Positions 22,287 to 32,905 of a DNA stretch of 44,563 nt are shown here, piece by piece. The translations under genes were made by a program, and so were the position numbers. Under the pieces are notes generated by a model, which was not told where the DNA came from, ran no database searches, and worked only from the letters and a program-made list of their open reading frames with translations. Every line of letters begins with the position of its first letter. Position 1 is the stretch's first letter. The DNA comes from Alloascoidea hylecoeti (Eukaryota). The stretch covers positions 348,478-393,040 of the forward strand of contig BCKZ01000013.1 of assembly GCA_001600815.1 (NCBI GenBank). Direction: 5' to 3'.

Positions 22287-23664
22287 TTATTTTTTCCTTA
22301 AATTTTCAGTAAAATCATAAATAACACCATCATCCATAGTGAAAGTAACTAGTCTTTTCGAATCAGCACCAATTGAAAAAGCAGGTTGTATCTTCTTATT
22401 AAATCTTTCATGTTCTAAAATTTTAAATTCTGTAAATAATTTTAGATCATTTATATTCCAAATTTTAATAGAAGAATCGCTATTATCAGAAATGATTTTA
22501 TTATCAACTGAGAATAATTTATATACTCCTTCATTTGAAAAAGTATTTATTGTTTTGTTTGTTTGTAAATCCAGAACCCCTAGCTGGTCATATATTTACC
22601 AACAAATAAGTTTTGATCCCTTACTGTGATGCATCCTCTATGACCATATATATATATAATTCTTGGATTATTTGACCAGTTTCAATATTCCAGGATTTCA
22701 CATTATCAGAATCTGCACAATAAATAATACCATTATGAATGTTGGATATATTACACTCTTAGAACAGTTCACTAAAGAGTCGATTGGCGCCGCTACCATG
22801 TTAAAGTTCAAAGTGCCTGTTCTCCCAGTTGCGCCAAAAAGCCAATCGACTCTTTAGTGAACTGTTCTAAGAGTGTAATATATCCAACAATGAACGCAAA
22901 GATCATGAAAGGAATATTTTTCTTCAAAATAGTGTTGTAAATTATATTGTAGTTGCTGTTCTAGATTATCAGAACTTGTTTTCTAAGCCTCTATATCATC
23001 ACCACTACAATATACAATGTAATCATTGTATAAAGTAACACCTTTTATAGCTGTATTAGAAAGTCTTTCTAGTACCAGACGACCTACTTGTTATTTCTGG
23101 TAGTTTCCACACTAAACAAGAACCATCTTATGAACCAGAAACTAAATATTTGTCATTAATATCCAAAAAAAAAAAACAGCAAAAATAAAAATTGAGATTC
23201 GGATTAATTGCATCAAGCATTTCCATTCTTGAAAGATATTCCAATAAAATCGGAGGATTTGGGTCACCCAATACTTTTAAACATTAAAAAGTTTCTTTAT
23301 CCCAAATTCTTATTGTACAATCTGCTGACCAGTTATAATCCAATTTTTAAAGTATTTAACAGAATGTGTTTCCTTAGAATGACCACTTAATTTATGGTGA
23401 GTAAATTTATCATTTTTTCAATTCAAATCCAAAAGATGACGTTCCCTATACAATTCGTATCATGAATCCGTTTCCGAATCATCATTACATTATTTCCATG
23501 ATATTTAAGCTTGAAACTTTAATTTCCATATAATCATCATTATCAACCATTTGTTTCCATGATTAAGAAACCCTTCTACAATTAAGTAAAGTTTTTAGTG
23601 GCAAATCTAAGAATATTATTTCTAATACTTCATCAGGGAGATCGGAAACAGAATCTAATGTCAT
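22287..23664 (-). pseudogene. F-box/WD40-repeat protein pseudogene, interrupted by a 150-bp insertion
   Basis: From the ATG at 23664: MTLDSVSDLPDEVLEIIFLDLPLKTLLNCRRVS*SWKQMVDNDD (F-box). Then DS*YELYRERHLLDLN*KNDKF..LSGHSKETHSVKYFKNWIITG/ADCTIRIWDKETF*CLKVLG and further WD repeats (KSWNIETGQIIQEL; DSSIKIWNINDLK). It ends ...GADSKRLVTFTMDDGVIYDFTENLRKK* at 22287. In-frame stops at 23563, 23460, 23418 and 23284, plus several frameshifts. Confidence 0.88.
22740..22889. mobile_element. 150-bp non-autonomous element (MITE-like): perfect 49-bp TIRs, TGTTG...CAACA termini, 5-bp TSD ATGAA
   Basis: 22740-22788 is the exact reverse complement of 22841-22889, with a 52-bp spacer. ATGAA lies at 22735-22739 and 22890-22894. 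Removing the element plus one TSD restores the host frame FHDLCVH|NGIIYCADSDNVKSW. Confidence 0.92.
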
Positions 23665-23949
23665 TCTAAGTTTTTTGTGTAAGACATATTGTAATTGTTT
23701 AAAGGTGTGTTTACGTACTCGTGGTTATCAATCATTATAATATGACAATATGGCTCTTTAGCAACTCAAATACCAAAAATGTGGGAAACCAAGATGCTTT
23801 CTAGGATCGGTTTTTTCTCACTAGCAATCTTCTTTGATGATGTACTATTGAGTCGATTGCAAACGGTAGTTCGAGGAAAAAATATGATATGTATTTTACT
23901 TATTATTAAATAATTATAACTATATTAATTATATATTACAACGTTAACC

Positions 23950-26406
23950 TTAATGTTTACCCAGACGTTTTTCACGAATGTATTTATTCTTTTCAGTACC
24001 TTCTTCTGTAGTAAGAGAATTGAGAACTCTTGCCATCTTCTCATTATAAGCATCATCTCTTTCTTTCTTCTCTTCAAGTTTAGTAGCAGCAAGAAATTTA
24101 TTTTCTGATCTAATTTCACGAAGATTGGATTTCTTTGCTTTCTTAATCAAAGCATTTAATTTAGTCAACTCACGTTGTTCATCATTCAAATCTCCCTTAC
24201 TTTCTGGATTAGAATTCATATTAAACTTAGGTTCTTTTGTCTGAATAGCTTCTGGTTTCAATTTTTGTAATGCTAATGGTGTTCTAGCCTTTTGACTGAC
24301 TATTCTTAAATTTGTTAATTTATTTTGAAGATCAGAAAATTCAGTAATATCTATAGATGATGATGACAGTTGTTTAGAAATAACTGAGAAATAAGTCATT
24401 AATGGTTCAGTAATTTCTAAAAATGCTAAAGATTCTTTCCGGTGTGAAAGGAATATATCAATTACTTCAATTAACCTGTAGAATAATCTTGCTGGTAGTT
24501 TTGAATCCTTTTTACTTTCTTTCGGATAATATGATGCTGATAAACTAATTAGTTTAGAAGTTTTCTTACTTAATTTCTTAGGAGTTAATTTAAAATCAGA
24601 TTTTTGAAACTCATTTGGTAAACTAATTAATGACTTATCTAAATCATCAGAATTTGTTATGAATGTAAAAAGAGCCTTTTGTAAAAACAATTGTACTTCA
24701 GGAACATATCTTTTTGAGATTCTTTGATATTGATGAAATATTTGACATAAATAAAGACCAGCAAGTAAAGATGAAGAATCTGTAACGTGAATTTGTGTTA
24801 AAAATTGTCCCATGGCTAATTGAGCACCAAGTGTAACGAAATGTTCTTTATCTGATGTTGAAAATACCATTCCTATTAAAGAAAATAATATTAAATCCGA
24901 TTTTTTTAAAGGTTTGCTATTAAATATTCGTTTTTCTGTCTTTAATAGTTGTGTTTTGAAAGCTTTAGCTATAAGCTCAACATATTCTTGACTTAATTCA
25001 ATAAATTTATTAATAATTGATTGGCGAACAGAAGTTTCATCTTCCGATTTATCTAATTCCCTGTTTGAGAATTTTAAAATATGCTCTAAAAGAACGGTTG
25101 TAAATATACCAATTTTTTCTTTATTCCCGGCTCTCAGACTAGGCTTATGGGTAGTCAATATTCGTTCAATTATTATAGGATGTTTTGAACATGGGTATTT
25201 TTCAAAAATTGAGTTAAATTCTTTATAATCTGAAGGGATAGGGAAAACATAAGGGATATTATGTTCATCTGTGGATATTGTTTCTTCTTTACTCACTTTC
25301 TTAGAATCTGTATGATCCCCTGAAGCTTCTTTATCGTTTAATTCTGCTTCATCATTTGAATCCATTCCATCATCTTTATCAGCTAAATCTTCCCAAAAGT
25401 CAACTCCTAGATCGTCCCCATGTAAATCATCTAAATCTTCACCATTCATTCTTGCTAATCTTGCCTTTTCAAGACGAGCGAGCTTTTCAGCTTCTTCCTG
25501 TTCTAACTCTTCTTTACTCTTAGTCCTTTCACTCGGTTTAGCTCTCTTATCAAAACCCAATTCTTTTACTAATACATCATATTCTTTATCTTTTTCTGTA
25601 AATTCTGGCTTTTGAACGGGTCCCTTTTGTGTAGGTTGAAGACTACTTAATAAGTCACCTAAGTCGTCATCAAGCTTTTGTGTTTTCTCTAAATCGTCTT
25701 CCTTTAATTGTTGTCTTGCAGCTTTATATTTTTTCGATTTTGCAATGACTTCTTTCATAACTTCAGCTTTTGTCTTTTTTCTTTCTGGTTCATCATTAAC
25801 TTCATCATCTCTCTCTTCAACTAGTCTTCTCTTTTTATTCGACAATTCAGTATCGGATTCATCTCGCATCATATCATCTTCATTAAAATCATCATCTTCT
25901 AATGCTAAAGTTTGACCATAATGCGTAAAATTATGTACCTCATCATCATCATCATCATCATCATCTAAATTAAATATTGATCTTTTAGAAGCTCTATTCA
26001 TTTTCTCCTTTCTAAAACGTTCCAATTGTTTTTCTTCTGGTGCTAAAGTAGGATCATTTTCACCAAAACGTCTATCACGAATACCACCAGTTTTATTTTT
26101 TCTTGATTTTTCTTCTAAATAAGCAGCTTTTCTAGCATCCATATCCATTTGTTTGCTTTGAGTTGGATTTCCATATGTACCCAAAGAAGCTTTTGGATTG
26201 AAATCTGCTCTTTTGTGTCTATTTTGTTTTTTGTCAAATTGATTTATATTTCTTTCAATTGATTTTAATAATTCACTTCTATCAACACGATTATACTCTC
26301 TTGGAGTTTTACCTCTTTGTTTCTTCTTTTGTTGAGGTGCTCCAATAAGTCCATGAGACTTTAATGTCTCTTTTAATTTTCTCAAATGAGAACCTCCACC
26401 TGCCAT
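23950..26406 (-). CDS. NOP14: Nucleolar protein Nop14 (40S biogenesis)
   Basis: 818-aa ORF with GGIRDRRFGENDPTLAPEEKQLERF, FTHYGQTL, KKTKAEVMKEVIAKSK, FDKRAKPSERTK, LKPEAIQTKEPKF and the C-terminal EGTEKNKYIREK. Confidence 0.95.
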   Translation of the reverse strand: MAGGGSHLRKLKETLKSHGLIGAPQQKKKQRGKTPREYNRVDRSELLKSIERNINQFDKKQNRHKRADFNPKASLGTYGNPTQSKQMDMDARKAAYLEEKSRKNKTGGIRDRRFGENDPTLAPEEKQLERFRKEKMNRASKRSIFNLDDDDDDDDEVHNFTHYGQTLALEDDDFNEDDMMRDESDTELSNKKRRLVEERDDEVNDEPERKKTKAEVMKEVIAKSKKYKAARQQLKEDDLEKTQKLDDDLGDLLSSLQPTQKGPVQKPEFTEKDKEYDVLVKELGFDKRAKPSERTKSKEELEQEEAEKLARLEKARLARMNGEDLDDLHGDDLGVDFWEDLADKDDGMDSNDEAELNDKEASGDHTDSKKVSKEETISTDEHNIPYVFPIPSDYKEFNSIFEKYPCSKHPIIIERILTTHKPSLRAGNKEKIGIFTTVLLEHILKFSNRELDKSEDETSVRQSIINKFIELSQEYVELIAKAFKTQLLKTEKRIFNSKPLKKSDLILFSLIGMVFSTSDKEHFVTLGAQLAMGQFLTQIHVTDSSSLLAGLYLCQIFHQYQRISKRYVPEVQLFLQKALFTFITNSDDLDKSLISLPNEFQKSDFKLTPKKLSKKTSKLISLSASYYPKESKKDSKLPARLFYRLIEVIDIFLSHRKESLAFLEITEPLMTYFSVISKQLSSSSIDITEFSDLQNKLTNLRIVSQKARTPLALQKLKPEAIQTKEPKFNMNSNPESKGDLNDEQRELTKLNALIKKAKKSNLREIRSENKFLAATKLEEKKERDDAYNEKMARVLNSLTTEEGTEKNKYIREKRLGKH

Positions 26407-26650
26407 TTTGTTTTTATTATTATATGAAAGGTATCAATTATTCCCAAGTTAAAAAAAGTTTTTTAATTTTTCCAATGTCATTAGACACGTGATGTGGTGT
26501 ACAAACAACCAATGCCACACTTATGCCTATTGTTCACGTGATATACATCAGACCTCCTTTCCAGAAGAGCGCCACTCTCAAGATCTTTTAAAAACTTCAG
26601 ATTTTACTTGATAATTTTAGAAGATAAAAATAAAAGAATTCATTTAAAAA
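26407..26650. promoter_or_regulatory. Divergent NOP14/RPN5 promoter with two CACGTG E-boxes (26486, 26535) and two GCCAC cores (26514, 26571; PACE/Rpn4-like)
   Basis: 244-bp region between divergent ATGs. GTGGC is the core of the Rpn4 site found at proteasome genes, but these are not the full GGTGGCAAA. Confidence 0.45.
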
Positions 26651-28198
26651 ATGTCAAGGGATACTCCTATTAAAGCTGAAAAAGATTTTACAGAAATTTT
26701 AGAGGCTGAATTGCCCGAAATTGAGATTCTCAGTAAGGTATGTTTATTTTATAATTGAAATTGAAATTGGTGAATAATATAGAAATAAACTAACATTAAA
26801 CTAAAATTAATAGAATGATGCTAAAGCAGCCTTTGAAAAATTGTTAGTTTTGGAGAAACAAACACGACAGGTAAGTTTTTTAATGTTGATGATGATGATA
26901 ATACATAGATAGAGTCTAACAACGTTTCAATTTTAATTAGGCATCAGATTTGGCATCGTCCAAAAAGGTTTTAAATAGAATAGTTCATTTAGCAAAAGAT
27001 ACAAATGATTGGAAATTATTAAATGAACAATTGATTTTATTATCTAAAAAACATGGTCAACTGAAAGCTGCTGTTGCTTCAATGGTTCAAGAAGTTTCAA
27101 CTTTTTTGGACGATACTCCAAATCTTGATATTAAGATTCAAACCATTGAAACAATTAGAACTGTTACTGAGAGTAAAGTAAGTAATTATACAATCATTTG
27201 TGTTTTTTTACTACCTCTAATATCAATGTTTTTTATAGATCTTTGTGGAAGTAGAAAGAGCAAGAGTTACAAGAATTTTGGCAAAAATTAAAGAATCACA
27301 AGGTGATATTGATACAGCAACAGAACTTTTATGTGAATTACAAGTTGAAACATATGGATCAATGGAACTTCAAGAAAAAATTGAATTTATTTTAGAACAA
27401 ATGGAATTATGTGTTAAAAGAGGAGATTTTAATCAAGCAGCAATTTTAAGTCGAAAGATTTTGGTTAGATCTTTCAAAGACGGGAAATTTGAAGAATTAA
27501 AATTACGATATTATGATTTAATGATTAGAATTGCTTCTCATGATTCTAAATATTTGGATATTTGTCAATATTATCAAGCAGTTTATGAAACAGAATCAAT
27601 TAATACTGATGAAACTAAATGGAAATTGGCTTTAACAAATATTGTCTTTTTCATTGTATTATCTCCTTATGATAATTTACAATCTGATTTAATTCATAAA
27701 ATTTCATTAGATTCTAATCTGGATTCATTACCATTAGCAAAGGACATTATTAAAAGTTTCACCACTCCTGAATTAATGCGATGGCCTATAATTGAAAAAG
27801 TTTATGGAGAAAAGTTGAAACAGACTGAAGTTTTCTCATTAACAGGAGAGAAAAGTAAAGAAAGATGGGAGGATTTAAGAAAACGAGTAATTGAACATAA
27901 TCTACGTGTTATTTCCAAATATTATACACGTATTAGATGTTCAAGATTAAATACCCTGTTGGATTTAACAGAACAAGAAGCAGAGAGTTTCATCAGTAAT
28001 TTGGTTACTCAAGGAACTATTTATGCTAAAATCAATCGTCCTCAAAGAATCATTTCATTTGCTAAACCAAAAGATTCCAATGATGTTTTGAATGAGTGGA
28101 GTAGCAGTATCACCGATCTTTTGAATCACATTGAGACTATTGAGCATCTAATAACCAAAGAAGAAATGATGAATGGAATAAAACCATTAAAAGCATAA
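26651..28198 (+). CDS. RPN5: 26S proteasome lid subunit Rpn5; 4 exons: 26651-26737, 26814-26870, 26941-27177, 27239-28198
   Basis: Spliced protein MSRDTPIKAEKDFTEIL...LEKQTRQ|ASDLASSKK...SKKHGQLK...RTVTESK|IFVEVERARVT...LQVETYGSM...RVIEHNLRVISKYYTRI. All three introns are GT(A)(T/A)GT...TAG and in phase 0. Confidence 0.95.
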
Positions 28199-28629
28199 CT
28201 ATATATAGTTTAAAATATATAAAATATCTATAGAAAATATATATTAGTTGTTATATTATTTCAACCGTTACTCAAAAGAATATCACATGACATTGTATCA
28301 CCTAATATATTACTAATAAAACAAGCTTAAAGTTATAATTAGAAGGCTTCCGGCACTAACCTCTTTGGAATCAACTTCACACTTTCGTTATCTCCCACAT
28401 CTTATTTTCACTCTTCTTTTTATAGCTGATTTCACTGTTTTCGCTATTAATTTATTTTATTTCCGCGGTTTGTTTGCTTTTCTCGTTCAAACATCTTATA
28501 ATTCTTCGTTAAGCTTTCATCCGTTCCGAAGGTTCTTTGTTGGGTTATAGTTATAACTGATTACCATTTAATTTTTAATTTTGGCTTTATCCTCGTCACA
28601 ATATCTTAGTTTGTCTTTATTTATCTTTA

Positions 28630-30109
28630 ATGGATACTTGGAGTTGCGAAGTTGAAACTGCTGAACAATTCTGGGCTAGTAAGTATAACCTACTTTTAAA
28701 TTAAATCTCCACAATTTAACGACGCTAACAATTTATTCATATAGGAGTGCACGACATAGTCACTTGTGGAAATTACGAAAATGATCAGGTAGTCAAAGAC
28801 TCACTATTGACTTATATCAAATTTGTCGCTGCTTATCTAGGTAGGTGACCCTCTTATCATTGAAGAGATCTTAAACAAATCGAAAATTAACTTTGTTTTT
28901 TAGATCAATTTGTCACAAATGAAGATGATTTAGCAAGGTGTGGTGTTTCATTCGTTAAATCAGGTCTGTTTGTTACAAGACAAGCATTATGTATTGAGTT
29001 ATTAATAGAAATTTTATTAAAGGTAAGTTCCCTTCATATAACTTCTTATATATCTAACTAACCACGTATATTTTTAGAAAAACCTTCATAATGATTATAA
29101 ATTATTAATTGGTTTAATATTTTCATTAAGTGGTAGATTAAATCCACTTTCATTAATGATTATGAACAATCTTGGTGCGTTTCCAGGAATTTTAAAAGTT
29201 GTTTGGAAAGAAAGAAAATTAATTACAAAAAAAGTTTATAGATTATATCTTGAATTTTTATTTCAATTATTACAAACTCAAACTTTAGATTTTAATGATT
29301 TATTAACCATAAAAACATCATTTGTAAAAGAACTATTAAATGCTTTAGATGATAATATTTATGATGATCCAACAACTTATCCAATTTTAAAAGTTTTATT
29401 TGCAATTAATGAACAATATATGATTATTCCAAAAAATAATAAATCAAATGATACACAATTTGAAAATACAATTATTAAAGAATTAAAAAATGGAAGTTAT
29501 AGAAATTTTGGAGAATTTACAATTTTATGTTTTAATAGAGAAACTGATCGAACTATTCGTATATTAATTTTAAAATTATTATATCTTATATTTACAACAA
29601 AAGGAATGGGTGAATTTTTTTATTTAAATGATTTACATGTACTTGTTGATGTTTTCATTCGTGAACTTTATGATTTTTCAGAAGATGATGAAGAATTAAG
29701 AGATACTTATTTAAGAGTTTTATACCCTTTATTATTAAAAACTCAATTATCAAATCATGGCTATAAAACAAAAGAATTGGTTTCTTTAATTCGATCTTTT
29801 CAAGGTTCATCATTTATACATGTTAATCCAGTAACAAAACGTTTATCAGATAGATGTTTAACCGTTCCTTGGATAAAATCATTTTTAGAAGAAAAGCAAT
29901 CTAGATCATTACCATTACCACCACCGGCTAGACGTCAAACTTCACCATCTATTTTTGTTACAGAGCATAATAATTTAAAGCCAAAAGAATCTCCACCCTT
30001 GCCAAATAAAGCTAAAAGATCAACTCCACCACCACTTCCTCCTGCTAGGAAACTGGGCATGTCTTTAAGGGCCTCAAAATCAGTGATGGATTTGAATTTA
30101 CCCTGCTGA
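28630..30109 (+). CDS. LDB17: Ldb17/Dip1 (WISH/DIP/SPIN90-family Arp2/3 activator); 4 exons: 28630-28678, 28745-28840, 28904-29022, 29078-30109
   Basis: The spliced frame starts MDTWSCEVETAEQFWA. Conserved NEQYM, FGEFTILCFNRE, LILKLLYLIFTT, FFYLNDLHVLVDVFIREL and LRDTYLRVLYPLL, with a proline-rich C-tail. Confidence 0.87.
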
Positions 30110-30493
30110 ATCATAACGAAGTATACGTATAATATAGTTAAATATATAAGTTCTTTAATTTATATTTTTTCATTCGTTTAAATTTTAAGATTTTTACATA
30201 ATTGGATCGGTATTTAGTTGTAGGTTAGTGGGTTTACAATATCTAGATATAGGCGTTTATAACTAACCAATCATAATTATTATAAAATAGAAATGAACAA
30301 TCGGTATTGTTCAGCTTATGAAAAATTAATATTTGTAGGTATAGATATCAGGAGGTGTTGCATGGAATAACATTTTGTCTCATGTTGCCATACTACTCGT
30401 GATGGTGAGTCAACCTTAAATAACTGTAAAAACTTGAGTTTCATTTCATTTGTTATAAGTCTATTCTTTTCCTTCATTCTTTCATCAATTGCA

Positions 30494-32013
30494 ATGAATA
30501 AGTATATAAATGTGTTGGGAAAGCTTAAAAATAATAGTGCGATTTCAATCACAAATTCAAGATCTGTACTAGGCATCAATAATATATTTAGAAGCCATAA
30601 CTCCACGACCTTAAGGTTAAGTTACCTACAAAAAAGATCTAGTTCAACATTCCAAAACAACAATAGAAATGAATTAGATTATGAAGTCATTAAATCGGAA
30701 ATTGAGACAGATTATCTTCAAGTAAGTTTATGCTGTTGATTTGGTTTAACTCAAAGAGTCATTGGTAACATTTATTTTTCATTTAGTTTGCTCGACGGCC
30801 TTTTCAAAGGTATGTTTATTCCTGTTAAATCTCGTTGAATTTTTTAAACTGACAGATGAAAAAGGTTAACGATGAATTATTTGACTCGTTTCGGCTCAGG
30901 TAAACCAACAGAGGAACAAATAATTCAAAACGCTCAAGATACAGTAAAAGAATTAAAAGTGGTATGCATATTTCATATAACAACTACGTGTAGATTCAAG
31001 ATAATGAAAATTAATTGCAATTGATATATATATATATAGCATTTTGCTCACAGACTCCGAGCATTAAGAAAACTTCCATATTTGGTTGTACTTAACCCAA
31101 GTATATCATTCATATATGGTCTTTATTTATCATCTTATAAAACAATATCATCATGTCCTATCCCAACAAATTTGGAAGAAAATAAACAACTTTTAATTTG
31201 TTTACAAAATATTTTAGATTCTCATACAGATACATTACCACAAATTTCAAAAGGTTTTTCAGAAGTTCAAAAATATATGAAACCAGCAGAAATTTCATTT
31301 TTTTTAAATAAACATTTAAAAGAAAGAATTGCAACAAGAACATTATCAAAACATCATATTTCTTTATGTAAAATTAGAGATGAAAATGATCATTCAATTG
31401 GAATGGTTAATCCAAATTTAAAAATAAGTGAAATTTTAAATCATTGTAATGAATTTGTTGGTAATATGTGTGAGATTAAATATGGTACATCAATATCAGT
31501 TAAAATTGATAAAGGAGAAGATGTTACAACTTGTTATATTCCTACACATCTTGAATATGTTTTAACTGAATTATTAAAAAATTCTTCAAGAGCATCAATT
31601 GAAAATGATAGATCAGATAGTATTTTAGCAACGATTGTTAAAACTGATACAGGTGCTGTAATAAGATTAAGAGATAGAGGTGGTGGTATTCCTTCTGATT
31701 ATGTTCCAAAGGTTTTTGATTATTCTTTTACATCTGTTGAAAGCCATGAAGGGGATGCATATTCTACAGTTAACTCAGCTTTGCCGGGTCTAGGTGGTGG
31801 TGATATGGTAGCAGGAATGGGTTACGGCTTGCCATTATCTAGGGCATATCTTCAAATGTTTGGTGGGAATCTTGATATTCAAAGTTATTATGGTTGGGGA
31901 GTAAGTACTTCTTTTATCAATTTAATTTATTCCTACTAACAATTATTTTATGATAGACCGATGCTTATATACAACTTAAATGCCCTAATCTTACTACGAG
32001 TACTAGTAGTTAA
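30494..32013 (+). CDS. PKP1: Mitochondrial pyruvate dehydrogenase/BCKD kinase (Pkp1-like); 5 exons: 30494-30721, 30787-30809, 30865-30961, 31040-31900, 31957-32013
   Basis: HFAHRLRALRKLPYLVVLNP, FLNKHLKERI, N-box LEYVLTELLKNSSRA, IRLRDRGGGI, AGMGYGLPLSRAY and GWG|TDAYIQLK. Basic presequence-like N-terminus. The last intron has a TACTAAC branch point. The exon 2/3 boundaries are less certain. Confidence 0.87.
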
Positions 32014-32100
32014 TTAAAAAAGATATTTATTTATAAACTAGAATGGATTTTATATTGTAATAGACTATTTACACTCACTAGTTTCGTAAACAATATCAAT

Positions 32101-32775
32101 TTATACTCCGTGAATTGTTTTACTATCTATAAGAGTTCTAACATCTTTATGAACAGTTGAAAGAAACCCAATATGTTGAGCACGTTTAATAGCTTTTGTA
32201 ACTTTTCTTTGTGTACGACCTTTACAGCCAGTAACTCTTCTATTTAAAATTTGACCAGCAGAATTCATATAATTTGATAAAATTTGAGGATAAATATAAA
32301 GAGTTAAAGGATTTTTATGAAGATCATCTAATGGATTTGAAATTTTTGATCTCCATTTTTTTTCTAATCTTAATTTTGATAATGAAAAATCAAATGGATC
32401 ATATCTTTTTCGATGTTCAAAATTATACATAAAAAATGGTGAAATTATTTCATCTGAATATTTTGATTGGTTTTCTTTAGTTTCTTTTGCTTTATCAATT
32501 GTTTCTAAGGAACCAGTTAATGCACCATTAGTTTTAGTTATTCCAAATGTTCTTGCTGATTCAACTGATTTTGATAATAATGATCTTGGAGAATTTCCAG
32601 ATTTTTTTTGTCTTGAATGTGATTGTGATTGTGATGATTTTGATGGTGACTTTCCAAAACTTGGAAACATGGGTTTTTTCTTTTCAGCCATGATAGTTGA
32701 ATAACTAGAAAATGCCCTGGATCCAGTGAATCCCTTTAAAACCTGCCCATATTGTCTTAAAGATGGTTTCAACAT
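32101..32775 (-). CDS. RSM18: Mitochondrial ribosomal small-subunit protein bS18m
   Basis: YDPFDFS and NPLTLYIYPQILSNYMNSAGQILNRRVTGCKGRTQRKVTKAIKRAQHIGFL (S18 domain). Start placed at ATG 32775 (MLKPSLRQYG.., presequence-like) rather than the ORF-track start at 32988. Confidence 0.87.
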   Translation of the reverse strand: MLKPSLRQYGQVLKGFTGSRAFSSYSTIMAEKKKPMFPSFGKSPSKSSQSQSHSRQKKSGNSPRSLLSKSVESARTFGITKTNGALTGSLETIDKAKETKENQSKYSDEIISPFFMYNFEHRKRYDPFDFSLSKLRLEKKWRSKISNPLDDLHKNPLTLYIYPQILSNYMNSAGQILNRRVTGCKGRTQRKVTKAIKRAQHIGFLSTVHKDVRTLIDSKTIHGV

Positions 32776-32905
32776 ATTTGTGGATTTGATTATAAGATTC
32801 CTGAAAGATTTCTGGTGGTGTAAAAGAAATCTCTGCGTAAACGCAACAACGGTTGTATCAGTTACGGCAAATAAATTATGGATTTCACTAACCGCAAACA
32901 TCACC

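Noticed and set aside
22983..23565. TGA/TAG at Trp positions in the F-box pseudogene, suggesting stop-codon reassignment or RIP
   Set aside because: Frameshifts and TAA stops co-occur, and LDB17 ends in TGA, so it is not recoding. The mutated contexts are mixed (CpA and CpC), which fits general C-to-T bias rather than RIP.
14867..28198. Ubiquitin-proteasome 'cluster' (UBA1 relic, ATG9, F-box relic, RPN5)
   Set aside because: Two members are dead and unrelated genes are interspersed. Nothing shows co-regulation, so it is probably coincidence.
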